Part shown: positions 9,501 to 19,065 of the stretch, one piece after another
Numbering within the stretch: position 1 is the stretch's first letter
Layout: the number at the start of each line of letters is the position of its first letter
Source of the DNA: an uncultured Clostridia bacterium
GTDB lineage: Bacteria; Bacillota; Clostridia; Oscillospirales; CAG-272
Reading direction: 5' to 3'
Length of the DNA stretch: 64,000 bases
Assembly (NCBI GenBank): GCA_947626065.1
Contig: CANQQT010000004.1
Location: forward strand, 22,774-86,773
Program-made: the position numbers and the translations under genes
The notes under the pieces: model-generated
Told to the model about the DNA's origin: nothing
The model's database searches: none
What the model saw: the letters and a program-made list of their open reading frames with translations, nothing else

Positions 9501-9655
9501 GTCAAATGGCCAATTGGTTAAGCCCTCAAACGAAAGTCAGCAAACGGTCGAGCGTCAAACGGCCAAGCATCAAATAGACAAGCTTCAAAAGGTCAAGCGT
9601 CAAAAAGTCAATTGTCAAACGGCTCGTCGTCAAGCGGTCGGACTTTACATCGGCG
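9501..9655. repeat. Degenerate 15-nt tandem array with GTCAAA cores, about 8-10 units
   Basis: Units read from the sequence: gtcaaacggccaagc, atcaaatagacaagc, ttcaaaaggtcaagc, gtcaaaaagtcaatt, gtcaaacggctcgtc, gtcaagcggtcggac. Confidence 0.8.
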
Positions 9656-9792
9656 TCGAAAGCGCGGAAAAGAAATTTTTTCCTTTTACGGGAGACAAGC
9701 TAAAAATTGTTACACATAAAACCGCCGCCGGAAAACCAAATTAAAGCTGTATCCACGGAATCATTCGAAAAAAGAGGGGAACGGGTGATAAG

Positions 9793-10887
9793 ATGAAGCA
9801 AAAACAGAAAAAAAGAAGGGCGGGCGCGCTTGCAAGAGGCCTTTGCCTTTTGCTTGCGGCGGGGGCGCTCTTGTTGGCGGGTCCGGCACTCGGCGCGTCG
9901 GCGCAGAGTCTTCCGGGGAATGGAACCGGGACGGCGGCGCCTACAGAAAGGAAAATGCTTTGCCCCGGCGGAACCGCCTTCGGGGTGAAATGTCAGACGA
10001 CCGGCGTGCTTGTCGTGGGAATTTCGGGAATCGTCAGCGGCGGGCGGGAGGTGAAGCCCGCGTATGAGGCAGGCATCCGGGTGAAGGATCTTCTTCTTTC
10101 CGTCGACGGAAAAGAAATCAAGGGGATCAAGGATTTTTCCGACCGGGTGGGGAGCTGTGAAGGAAAAAGCCTGTCGGTGGAGCTTTTAAGAGAGGGAAAA
10201 AAGCGGCAGGTGAGCCTTTCTCCGGTACGGGACGATGCCGACGGGAAGCTGAAAAGCGGAATGTGGCTCCGCGACAGCACGGCGGGCATCGGGACGGTGA
10301 CCTTCGTGGATCCTGCGACCGGCGCCTTCGGCGGTTTGGGACACGGAATCTGCGATATCGATACCGGTGAGCTGATGCCCCTTCGCGAGGGTTCGGCGAT
10401 GAAGGTGTCGGTCGGTGGCGTCGTCCGGGGCATCGCCGGGAAGCCGGGAGAGCTCAAGGGCTATTTTCTGCCGGAGCGGAGCGGCAACGTCATGAGCAAC
10501 ACCGTCTGCGGCGTTTTCGGCGTCTTTACGGAAATGCCGCCGGATCTTTCGGGGGCCGTTGAGGTCGCCTACCGGGACGAGGTGAAGGAAGGGAAGGCGC
10601 AGATTTACTGCACCCTTGGCGGGGACGGAATTCAGTGCTATGAGATCGAGATTTCGCGAATCGACCGGGACGGCAAGGGCAACAAAAACTTCGCCGTCAC
10701 CGTGACCGACCCGAAGCTCAAGGAGCGGACGGGGGGAATCGTTCAGGGGATGAGCGGCTCTCCCATTCTTCAAAACGGGAGACTGGTCGGCGCCGTGACC
10801 CACGTCATGGTGAACGACCCGACGGCGGGATACGGCATTTTCATCGAAAATATGTTGAACGCTATGCCGGAGCTTACCGGGGGATAA
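9793..10887 (+). CDS. spoIVB: SpoIVB peptidase (S55), sporulation signalling protease
   Basis: Signal/TM segment, PDZ domain (GIRVKDLLLSVDGKEI) and S55 catalytic region (GIVQGMSGSPILQNGRLVGAVTHVMVNDPTAGYGIFIENM). Confidence 0.9.
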   Translation: MKQKQKKRRAGALARGLCLLLAAGALLLAGPALGASAQSLPGNGTGTAAPTERKMLCPGGTAFGVKCQTTGVLVVGISGIVSGGREVKPAYEAGIRVKDLLLSVDGKEIKGIKDFSDRVGSCEGKSLSVELLREGKKRQVSLSPVRDDADGKLKSGMWLRDSTAGIGTVTFVDPATGAFGGLGHGICDIDTGELMPLREGSAMKVSVGGVVRGIAGKPGELKGYFLPERSGNVMSNTVCGVFGVFTEMPPDLSGAVEVAYRDEVKEGKAQIYCTLGGDGIQCYEIEISRIDRDGKGNKNFAVTVTDPKLKERTGGIVQGMSGSPILQNGRLVGAVTHVMVNDPTAGYGIFIENMLNAMPELTGG

Positions 10888-11310
10888 GGAGAGGGGCCGG
10901 AAACGCCTTTTCACTTGCAGGCGATTTCCGCCAAACGGCGGGGAATTTTTCCGCCTCAACCTCGGTATCTCCTCGGTGCCGGAAAATCGGATATTGGATG
11001 CGGGCGCTCCGTCAGACGGCGGGAGTGCCCGCTTTTTTGAAAAGGGGCGGGCGTTTCGATAGGGAGTGCGCGACCGTTTCGGTCGGCGGGCCCGATAGGG
11101 GCCCCGGACGGTATTTGACGCTTTCGTTTTTCGCTTTCGTGGCGGGTTTTGCCGGTCAGGCTACGGTTTGACTCTGCTTCAAAGGGAGGCGACCTGTCGA
11201 AAAAAGCCCCCGCGTCTGGGTGCGCAGGGCCTCCGGGCGGTGCGGCGACCTGTCGCTTTTTCTTCATTTTTGATGAAAACGTACAAAATTCATGAAATTT
11301 GAAAAAGCCC

Positions 11311-11339
11311 TTGTCAGGGCGGGAAATTTCTGTTATAAT
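11311..11339 (+). promoter_or_regulatory. Sigma-A type promoter of glyA (extended -10)
   Basis: TTGTCA (11311-11316), 17-nt spacer, TGtTATAAT (-10 at 11334-11339). Confidence 0.7.
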
Positions 11340-11397
11340 AGAAGGGAACGATTAAGTTTTGTCGGCCGGGAATCCGGCGCCGAGAAAGGGTATGTCA

Positions 11398-12648
11398 ATG
11401 GTAAAGGAAACACTTGAATTTTTGGGCAAATACGATGCCGAAATCGCCGACGCGATCGAGGCGGAATTTCAGAGACAGAGCAACGGAATCGAGCTGATCG
11501 CTTCCGAAAACTTTGTGTCTGAGGCGGTTATGGCGGCGGCCGGGACGGTACTTACCAACAAATACGCCGAGGGATATCCCGGGAAGCGCTATTACGGCGG
11601 CTGTGAGAAGGTCGACGTCGTCGAGAACATCGCGCGGGAACGCGCCAAGAAGCTCTTCGGAGCCGAGCACGCCAATGTTCAGCCTCACAGCGGCTCTCAG
11701 GCGAACACCGCCGTTTACGTCGCTCTGCTTCAGCCCGGCGATACCGTCATGGGCATGAGCCTTGCCGACGGCGGCCATCTGACGCACGGCAGTCCCGTCA
11801 ACCTTTCCGGCCTTTATTATCATTTCGTTTCCTACGGAGTCGACCCGCAGACGCATACCATCGACTACGACAAGCTGGAAGCGCAGGCGCTTGAGGTAAA
11901 GCCGAAGCTGATTGTCGCCGGCGCCTCCGCCTATCCCCGCGTCATCGACTTTGAGAGAATGGCGGATATCGCCAAAAAGTGCGGAGCCTATCTGATGGTC
12001 GATATGGCGCACATCGCGGGACTGGTTGCGGCGGGTCTTCATCCCTCCCCGGTGCCCTATGCGGACGTCGTCACGACGACCACCCACAAGACCCTGCGCG
12101 GCCCGCGCGGCGGCATGATTCTCTGCCGCGAGGAGCTGGCCAAAAAGATTGACAAGGCGATTTTCCCCGGCATTCAGGGCGGGCCTCTTCTCCACATCAT
12201 CGCCGCCAAGGCAGTTTGCTTCGGCGAGGCGCTCAAGCCGGAATTCAAGGTCTATCAACAGCAGATCGTAAAGAACGCGAAGGTTCTCGCCGAGACGCTG
12301 GTAGCCGAGGGCTTTGACCTCGTTTCGGGCGGCACCGACAATCATTTGATGCTGGTTGACCTGCGGAATTTCGGCGTCACCGGCAAGGAGATGGAGCATC
12401 GCCTTGACGAGGTGCATATCACCGTCAACAAGAACGCGATTCCCAACGACCCGCAGAGCCCCTTCATCACCAGCGGCATCCGGGTGGGAACGCCGGCGGC
12501 CACCTCCCGGGGCCTCGTCGAGGAGGATATGGTGACGATCGGAAGGCTGATCCGGCTTGCCGCCTCCGACTTTGAGAATTCCGCCGACGGAATCCGCGCC
12601 GAGGTTGCGAAAATCTGCAAAAAGTATCCCCTCTACGGCAAGTGCTGA
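11398..12648 (+). CDS. glyA: Serine hydroxymethyltransferase
   Basis: Full-length SHMT pattern ([38 protein letters not shown]). ATG at 11398 was chosen for RBS spacing. Confidence 0.95.
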   Translation: MVKETLEFLGKYDAEIADAIEAEFQRQSNGIELIASENFVSEAVMAAAGTVLTNKYAEGYPGKRYYGGCEKVDVVENIARERAKKLFGAEHANVQPHSGSQANTAVYVALLQPGDTVMGMSLADGGHLTHGSPVNLSGLYYHFVSYGVDPQTHTIDYDKLEAQALEVKPKLIVAGASAYPRVIDFERMADIAKKCGAYLMVDMAHIAGLVAAGLHPSPVPYADVVTTTTHKTLRGPRGGMILCREELAKKIDKAIFPGIQGGPLLHIIAAKAVCFGEALKPEFKVYQQQIVKNAKVLAETLVAEGFDLVSGGTDNHLMLVDLRNFGVTGKEMEHRLDEVHITVNKNAIPNDPQSPFITSGIRVGTPAATSRGLVEEDMVTIGRLIRLAASDFENSADGIRAEVAKICKKYPLYGKC

Positions 12649-12679
12649 TTTTCCTTCGAAAATGAAAAAATGAAAAAAG

Positions 12680-12714
12680 ACAGCGAGAAGCGTTTGCTTT
12701 CCGCTGCCTTTTTG
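12680..12714 (+). terminator. Probable intrinsic terminator after glyA
   Basis: Imperfect hairpin CAGCGAGAAGC/GCTTTCCGCTG followed by CCTTTTT. Confidence 0.5.
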
Positions 12715-12950
12715 CGTGTCGGAAGGGTTTTGGGTGTTTCGTTCGGTTTTGCGCTTGTCGAAAAGGCCTTGCCGTCCGTTTGATTATGCGCTCGTTGGAA
12801 GGGCATGGCCGTTCGTCTTTTTGCCTTTTGGAAGGCCGTTTTGCTTTCCCGTTTGATTTTGCGTTTACAGGGGTCTTTTTGCCCTGTTTGGCTTGCGCTT
12901 GTCAAAGGGGGTGCCGCCTGTTCGATTTTGTGCTTGTCAAAGGCCCTTGC
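12700..12950. repeat. Degenerate repeats in the glyA 3' spacer (GCTTGTCRAARGG x3, GTTYGATTNTGYG x3, TTGGAAGGSC x2)
   Basis: Motif copies lie near 12752, 12895 and 12931; near 12778, 12850 and 12920; and near 12794 and 12828. The plus strand is T/G-rich and A-poor. Confidence 0.65.
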
Positions 12951-12955
12951 GCTTC

Positions 12956-14053
12956 TTATTTTTCCTGACGGAAAATGGCGCAGATTTGCGGAATACGGGC
13001 GCTGTAGCGCACCGGCTCGAAGCACTGCAGGGCGATGATTTCGTTCATGAAGATGTCGCGGAGCGGTGTCTTCCGGTTCTTGGAGGGAATTTGCAGCTGC
13101 TGTTTGGAGAAGGGGAGCCGGTTGACGAGGGGGGAGGTGTGCATGGTCGATTTGGGGAGCGCGTCGAAATCGGCGGCACAGTGGGCACAGCTTTCGAGGC
13201 AGTCGAGGGCCTTTTCCTGCTCGTCGGCGGCCATATAAAGCACGGCGAGGTCGCGGAGCAGAGTCATGTGCAGATAGGCGCCCTCGTAGATGTCGCCGTT
13301 CGGGTAGATCATTTCGCGGAGGGTTTTGGCAAGCTCGCAGAATTCGATTTTCTCCCGGGTGCCGAGATTGCCGGCGTTTTCCGTATAGCTGACGATGGCG
13401 GAGGCGAGGAGGGAGGTGTAGGAGGAAATGTTTTCCTGAATCGCGCTGAGCTTGGCGTCCCCTTCCGAGATGATGGGGAGCATATCCTCCCGGCAGATCT
13501 TCCTCCCGGGCAGGGACATGGCGATTTCCCGCGCCTTTTCGGTGTCGTTCAGATCCTCGCAGTAATGGAGGCAGAGGAGCCGCTTGGCCTCAAGACGGAT
13601 CGGATCCTCCGTGCAGTGGGAGAGGATATCGTCCCCGATTTCAAGAAGCTCGCCGGAGTAATGCTTGACGGCCGCCGGGCGATCGCAGCTGAGATAGAGG
13701 CCATACATCAGAAGGACCCGCAGACGGTACTCGTCGGGGAAGTGCAGAATCGCTTCCCGGATCGTCTCGGTGGCCTCCCGGATGTTTCCAGCGGCGACCT
13801 TTTCGTAAAAGCTGTCGGTGTAGGCCTTGATTTTGTCCTCGTTGCTGAACATTTCCATGCACATCAGATCGTCGGTCGAGACGCCGAAATACCCGGCGAT
13901 GACCGGAATCAGCTCAAGGGAGGGATAAAGATCCCCGTTTTCCCATTTCAGCACTTCCTTGCAGGTGACGCCGAGGTATTTGGCGAAGTCGTCCTGCGAA
14001 ACGCCCTTTGCCTCCCGGTGGTTTTTGATTTTTTCTCCGATTTTAATGAACAT
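12956..14053 (-). CDS. XRE-family HTH transcriptional regulator with C-terminal TPR-like helical repeat domain
   Basis: N-terminal HTH (KNHREAKGVSQDDFAKYLGVTCKEVLKWENG), then ~300 aa of helical repeats. ATG at 14053 has a GGAAGGAAAG RBS. Confidence 0.8.
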   Translation of the reverse strand: MFIKIGEKIKNHREAKGVSQDDFAKYLGVTCKEVLKWENGDLYPSLELIPVIAGYFGVSTDDLMCMEMFSNEDKIKAYTDSFYEKVAAGNIREATETIREAILHFPDEYRLRVLLMYGLYLSCDRPAAVKHYSGELLEIGDDILSHCTEDPIRLEAKRLLCLHYCEDLNDTEKAREIAMSLPGRKICREDMLPIISEGDAKLSAIQENISSYTSLLASAIVSYTENAGNLGTREKIEFCELAKTLREMIYPNGDIYEGAYLHMTLLRDLAVLYMAADEQEKALDCLESCAHCAADFDALPKSTMHTSPLVNRLPFSKQQLQIPSKNRKTPLRDIFMNEIIALQCFEPVRYSARIPQICAIFRQEK

Positions 14054-14129
14054 AACGTCTTTCCTTCCGGCTTTCGCCAATTTATTTTTTCGCTTTGTTT
14101 TCTTTGGTATCGGGGGAGTGCCTGCCCGG

Positions 14130-14468
14130 TCAGTGAGGCCGGGCCGTGAGGAGGATGATTTTTCTTATATCGTCGGGCTGTACTTTAGCCTCGGTGGCGG
14201 CCTTGTTGCGCCGGATTTCCCCGCATTTCAGACAGCGGTGCAGAAGAACGTAGCCTCTTGCGTCGGGCTCGGCGGCTATCGGCTCCATCAGACCCCCGCA
14301 GGGGTTGAGGCGGTCGCCGGGGGAGAGGTCGACGTGCAGGGAATAGAGGCAGAAGGGGCAGTGATTGCGGGAGCTGTAGCCGAGCGGGAGAACCTCCTTC
14401 CCGCAATTTTTGCAGAGGAAGCCCCCGTCGTTTTTCGTAAAGCGCTTGCCGCTTAAGGGTTGCTCCAT
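14130..14468 (-). CDS. RNHCP domain-containing zinc-ribbon protein
   Basis: Literal RNHCP motif (SSRNHCPFCLYSLHVD) plus CKNC and CLKC pairs. ATG at 14468 follows GGGAGGTG. Confidence 0.75.
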   Translation of the reverse strand: MEQPLSGKRFTKNDGGFLCKNCGKEVLPLGYSSRNHCPFCLYSLHVDLSPGDRLNPCGGLMEPIAAEPDARGYVLLHRCLKCGEIRRNKAATEAKVQPDDIRKIILLTARPH

Positions 14469-14735
14469 TTTGCACCTCCCAAGGGGAAAAAGTGGTCGTA
14501 AGAGGGTTTGTGATACGGGTTGTAAGACCTCTTGTAAGACGAATCGCCACACGGCGCCCAATCGACGGACGACTTCGGATTATGACCTTCTAAACCGGCG
14601 CCGCCGCAAGACGCCGGGGCGGACGGTTTTCCGCCCGGAAAATTTCATATTTTCCCCGCGCCGCGAATAGGATAAAGCAAACGAAAAAAGTCTTTGCGCG
14701 GAGAAGCTCCCGTGGGAAGAAGGAGGGGACAGCAT

Positions 14736-15632
14736 ATGAACCGAGGGGGAGGGTATACCCTGTCGCGCCTTGAGGAGAAGCTTTCCGATTTGAAGGGAAA
14801 ATTTCCGTTTCTTGACGTCGGGTGTCTGGGAAAGAGCTTTGCCGGGCGGGAAATTTCGCTTGTCGGGATCGGGGAAGGGAAAAAGAGCGTTCTCCTCGTC
14901 GGCGCCCATCACGGGATGGAGTGGATAACGACCGGTCTGCTCCTCCGGTATGCAGAGGAATATTGCCGGGCGGTGAGCGAGAAAAGGAAAATTTCCGGCG
15001 TCGACGCCGACCGGATCTATGAAACCCGCCGGGTTTTTCTCGTGCCGATGCTGAATCCCGACGGGGTGGAGCTCCAGATAAACGGAGCCGACCCGCAAAA
15101 TCCGCTTGTGGAGACGCTTTCCGAAACCTGCGGCGGCGATTTTTCGCACTGGCAGGCGAACGGTCGCGGCGTCGACCTCAATCACAATTACAACGCGGGA
15201 TTTGAAGAGTACAAGTCGAAGGAACCGGCCCTCGGCATTTTCGGCGGCGGGCCGACCCGCTTTTCGGGGGAATTTCCCGAATCGGAGCCGGAAACGGCGG
15301 CGCTCTGTGCCTTTATCCGCAGGGAGGAGCCGCGTCTTCTGCTGGCCCTCCACACGCAGGGGGAGGAGATTTACGCAGATTATAACGGTTATATTCCGCC
15401 CCGGGGAGGAGCGCTGGCCGCACGCATGGCGGCGCTGAGCGGCTATCGGGTGGCAAGGCCGGAGGAGGCCGCCTGTTACGGTGGGCTAAAGGACTGGTTC
15501 GTGTCGGAATTCCGTCGCCCCGGCTTTACGCTGGAATGCGGAAAGGGCGTGAATCCGCTTCCCGTCTCACAGGAGGCGGCGGTTTACGCAAGCATTCGCG
15601 GCATTCTGCTCTCTTTTCCTACCTTTATCTGA
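14736..15632 (+). CDS. M14-family metallocarboxypeptidase (gamma-D-glutamyl-meso-diaminopimelate peptidase-like)
   Basis: HxxE zinc motif (GAHHGMEW), DLNHNYN, and an overall M14 layout. ATG at 14736 follows GGAGGGG. Confidence 0.75.
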   Translation: MNRGGGYTLSRLEEKLSDLKGKFPFLDVGCLGKSFAGREISLVGIGEGKKSVLLVGAHHGMEWITTGLLLRYAEEYCRAVSEKRKISGVDADRIYETRRVFLVPMLNPDGVELQINGADPQNPLVETLSETCGGDFSHWQANGRGVDLNHNYNAGFEEYKSKEPALGIFGGGPTRFSGEFPESEPETAALCAFIRREEPRLLLALHTQGEEIYADYNGYIPPRGGALAARMAALSGYRVARPEEAACYGGLKDWFVSEFRRPGFTLECGKGVNPLPVSQEAAVYASIRGILLSFPTFI

Positions 15633-15847
15633 AAAGTCGGTCGGCGGTTCCCCGAAGGCGAGGACCGGACTGCCCGAGAAGGGGAGAGCGCGAGCGTTTG
15701 AAAGAGAAGGGAAGAGGCATTATCTGAAAGGGAGCCCGGAATGCCGACGGAAAGAACAAGGCCGAATGCCGTCCGAAAGGGAAGCGGGATCCCGTCGACG
15801 GGGCAGGGCTCTGTCGGCGCGTTGGCGTCTTCTCTTTCCGCGTTTTC

Positions 15848-17065
15848 TCAGCGGTCGCTTCCGTCGGCGACGCCGCGGATGATGTCGCTGTCGAAATCCA
15901 GCATGGCGGACAGAATGTAGTTCGAGACGAACATTCCCTTCGGCGTGAAGGAGTAGGACCGTCCGTTGTGAACCATAAATCCGTTTTTCAGATAAATGGG
16001 GAGGTACCTTTCAAACATTCTCTCAAAGCTGACGCCGAAGCGGGCGGCGAAGGCGTCGGTATCGACCCCCTCGGTGAGGCGGAGACGGAGCATGACGTAT
16101 TCCCCCAACCGTTCCGAGGGCTTGATTTCGTAATTTTCCGACAGAAGGTTTTCGGCGCGGTCGGGATATTCCATCGCGAGCAGGTAAGCGCCGAGGTCGC
16201 GGCGGAAGGCGAAGCGGCGGCCTCCGAAATAGGAGTGGGCGCCGGGGCCGAAGCCGAGGTAGGGCTCGCAGTTCCAGTAGCGAAGGTTGTGCAGGCATTG
16301 CTTTCCCGGCTTTGAGAAATTGCTGATTTCATACTGCGCCCAGCCGTTTTCCGAAAGGGTATTGACGGCCTCCAGATACATTTCGTACTCGGCGTCCTCG
16401 TCGGGAAGGGAAAGGGAGTCGCGGCGGGCGGCGAAGGGAGTACCCTCTTCAATTTTCAGCCCATAGACAGAGATATGCTCCGGGTCAAGGTCGATGACGC
16501 GGCTCAGGGTTTCCCGGAAGGATTCCCGGGTTTGCCCCGGAATGCCGTACATCAGATCGACGCTGATGTTGGAAAAGCCGGCCTTTCGTGCCGCCCGGAA
16601 GCTTTCCACAAAGTCGGAAAAGCTGTGAATGCGGCCCAGTGCCTTCAGCTCCCCGTCGTCGGCGCTCTGCAGGCCCATGCTCAGGCGGTTGACGCCCGCC
16701 CGGCGGAGCCGCCGGAGCTCGGAGGTCGACACGGTGGCGGGGTTGGCTTCCAGAGTGATTTCGGCGTCGGAGCGGACGTTATAGAAGTCGTTCATTCCGT
16801 CAAGCAGGGAGAGCAGACGGGAGGAAGGAAGAATGGTGGGAGTTCCTCCCCCGAAGAAGACGGTGTCGACCTCATAGCCGGCGGCGCTTTTGGCATAGTC
16901 CTCCATATGGAGAAGAAGGGCATCGGTGTAACGGGCCGTCAGATCGGGGCCGGAGGATCCAAGCTCAGAGAAGGAGGAGGTGGGAGCGGAATAGAAATCG
17001 CAGTAGGGGCATTTGCTTTGGCAAAAGGGAATGTGAAAATATAAGCCGAGCGTTTGTTCCGTCAT
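15848..17065 (-). CDS. hemW: Radical SAM family heme chaperone HemW (HemN-like, oxygen-independent coproporphyrinogen oxidase family)
   Basis: CxxxCxxC motif in HIPFCQSKCPYCDFYS. Length of 405 aa and HemN_C-like tail fit the family. Confidence 0.9.
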   Translation of the reverse strand: MTEQTLGLYFHIPFCQSKCPYCDFYSAPTSSFSELGSSGPDLTARYTDALLLHMEDYAKSAAGYEVDTVFFGGGTPTILPSSRLLSLLDGMNDFYNVRSDAEITLEANPATVSTSELRRLRRAGVNRLSMGLQSADDGELKALGRIHSFSDFVESFRAARKAGFSNISVDLMYGIPGQTRESFRETLSRVIDLDPEHISVYGLKIEEGTPFAARRDSLSLPDEDAEYEMYLEAVNTLSENGWAQYEISNFSKPGKQCLHNLRYWNCEPYLGFGPGAHSYFGGRRFAFRRDLGAYLLAMEYPDRAENLLSENYEIKPSERLGEYVMLRLRLTEGVDTDAFAARFGVSFERMFERYLPIYLKNGFMVHNGRSYSFTPKGMFVSNYILSAMLDFDSDIIRGVADGSDR

Positions 17066-17127
17066 AAGGGACTCCTTTCGGTTTCTTTTTCTTTATTATA
17101 CCACAGAAACGGGCGGGTGACAATAGC

Positions 17128-17742
17128 TTGCGGGAGAAAAATATCCGTAAAAAAATAAAAATTGCGCTTCCGCTCGGGAGCGCGCTGTTTTTTCTGCTTC
17201 TGATTCTCTTCGGCCGGTCGGTCGATACCTTGATTCTCCTCTTCTTCGCGCTTTTTCACGAGGCGGGGCACGCGACAGCCGCCGCGCTCTGCGGGGTGGA
17301 GATTGAGAAAATCACGCTCTATCCCTTTGGGGCGGATATGCGGCTTTCCAGTCCCCTCCGCTCCTACGGCAAGGATCTCTTCATTTCGTCGGCGGGGGCG
17401 CTGGCCAATCTCCTCGCGGCGGCGGTTTTTTTCTTTTTCGGGAAGGGCCCCCGCGCGGACTGGGCGGTTGCCTGCAATCTGACGCTGGCGCTGACGAATC
17501 TTTTCCCCGTCGAGGGGCTGGACGGCGGCGGGATTCTGCGGGCCGCCCTTTGCCTCCTTTTCGGGGAGAAGAAAGCGGAGACGGCCCTCGCCGTTTCCTC
17601 CTTTTTCGGGGTGGTTCTGATGTGGGCGGCGGCGGTCTATATTTTCTTCGTCGGGAACGGCGATCCCTCTCTTTTCCTGCTTTCCTGCGCTCTCTTTTCC
17701 TCCCTTTTTCTTCGCGGAAAATACCGGGGAAAAACCGAGTAA
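17128..17742 (+). CDS. M50-family site-2 metalloprotease (short, SpoIVFB-like core without CBS domain)
   Basis: HEAGH zinc motif within a TM helix and the NLFPVEGLDGG motif. TTG start. Confidence 0.7.
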   Translation: MREKNIRKKIKIALPLGSALFFLLLILFGRSVDTLILLFFALFHEAGHATAAALCGVEIEKITLYPFGADMRLSSPLRSYGKDLFISSAGALANLLAAAVFFFFGKGPRADWAVACNLTLALTNLFPVEGLDGGGILRAALCLLFGEKKAETALAVSSFFGVVLMWAAAVYIFFVGNGDPSLFLLSCALFSSLFLRGKYRGKTE

Positions 17743-17846
17743 ATCCGAGAATCCGGGAGTTTTTCCAAAATTTTTTCAAGAAAAACGCCGCTCATTCCGG
17801 ATAAAACAAAATAATGACGAATTTTCAAGAAAATTTCAAAAAACTA

Positions 17847-17875
17847 TTGCATTTTACCGCGTTGTCTGTTACAAT
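17847..17875 (+). promoter_or_regulatory. Sigma-A type promoter of potABCD
   Basis: TTGCAT (17847-17852), 17-nt spacer, TGtTACAAT (-10 at 17870-17875). Confidence 0.6.
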
Positions 17876-17934
17876 GTATTCGATATCGTATATTACGGCT
17901 TTTTGCCGGGTGAAAGGCGGTCGATAAGTGAGAA

Positions 17935-19065
17935 ATGAACAACGGCGCGGATAAGATCATTCGTTTGGAGAAAATTGTAAAATCCTTTGACGGAGAACAG
18001 GTCCTGAAAAGCATTGACCTTGAAATCGGGGATCGTGAATTCGTCACACTGCTCGGCCCTTCGGGGTGCGGAAAGACTACGACGCTCCGCATCATCGGGG
18101 GCTTTGAAAGTCCCGACAGCGGCAACGTGTACTTCGGCGGAAAGCTTGTGAATCATGTTCCGCCCTACAAACGCCCGGTCAATACGGTCTTTCAGAAATA
18201 CGCCCTTTTTCCCCACCTGAACGTTTTTGAAAACATTGCGTTCGGCCCGAGGCTGCGAAAGGTTTCCGGCCCCGGTCTTACCGCCAAAGTGCAGGAAATG
18301 CTCGAACTTGTGAACCTTCGCGGATTTGAAAAGCGAAGCATCAGCACCCTTTCGGGAGGACAGCAGCAGCGGGTGGCGATTGCGCGGGCCCTGATCAACG
18401 AGCCCCGCGTGCTTCTCCTCGACGAGCCTCTCGGCGCGCTGGATCTGAAGCTGAGGAAGGATATGCAGGTCGAGCTGAAAAACATACAGCAGCGGATGGG
18501 CATTACCTTTGTTTACGTGACGCACGATCAGGAGGAAGCCCTTTCGATGAGCGACATCGTCGTGGTCATGGACAACGGGCAGATTCAGCAGATCGGCACG
18601 CCGCAGGACATTTACAACGAGCCGAAAAACGCCTTCGTCGCCGATTTTATCGGAGAGAGCAACATTGTCGATGGCGCGATGATCGACGATTATTTCGTCG
18701 CCTTTTCCGGCAAGCGCTTCCGCTGTCTTGACAGCGGCTTTGCCAAAAACGAGCCGGTGGACGTCGTCGTCCGCCCGGAGGACGTCGACGTGGTGTCCCC
18801 CGAGCGCGGAATGCTGACCGGCGTCGTCACGGGCGTGACCTTCAAGGGCGTCCATTTTGAAATTATCGTCGATATCGGCGGCTTCAAGTGGATGATTCAG
18901 ACGACCGATTACGTCGAAAACGGCGCGACCATCGGGCTGTATATCGAGCCCGACGCCATTCACGTCATGAAGAAGTCGGAATTTTCCGGTATGTTCGGGG
19001 ACTATTCCTCCTTCTCGGATGAGCTGGAGCATCTCTCCGACGTCGAAGAACCGGAGGAGGGATGA
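17935..19065 (+). CDS. potA: Spermidine/putrescine ABC transporter ATP-binding protein
   Basis: Walker [10 protein letters not shown], signature [15 protein letters not shown], and a TOBE-like C-terminus. It heads a potBCD-like operon. Confidence 0.9.
   Translation: MNNGADKIIRLEKIVKSFDGEQVLKSIDLEIGDREFVTLLGPSGCGKTTTLRIIGGFESPDSGNVYFGGKLVNHVPPYKRPVNTVFQKYALFPHLNVFENIAFGPRLRKVSGPGLTAKVQEMLELVNLRGFEKRSISTLSGGQQQRVAIARALINEPRVLLLDEPLGALDLKLRKDMQVELKNIQQRMGITFVYVTHDQEEALSMSDIVVVMDNGQIQQIGTPQDIYNEPKNAFVADFIGESNIVDGAMIDDYFVAFSGKRFRCLDSGFAKNEPVDVVVRPEDVDVVSPERGMLTGVVTGVTFKGVHFEIIVDIGGFKWMIQTTDYVENGATIGLYIEPDAIHVMKKSEFSGMFGDYSSFSDELEHLSDVEEPEEG

Noticed and set aside
9514-9744. 76-aa ORF with pentapeptide-like periodicity (VERQTAKHQIDKLQKVKRQKVNCQTARRQ).
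   Set aside because: It is simply the 15-nt DNA repeat read in frame. It has no RBS and is K/Q/R-rich.
11188-11255. Duplicated GGCGACCTGTCG containing a perfect Spo0A box (TGTCGAA), ~110-150 nt upstream of the glyA promoter.
   Set aside because: A 7-mer match is expected by chance in 64 kb, glyA is not a known Spo0A target, and the second copy lacks the GAA. It is too weak to report as a site.
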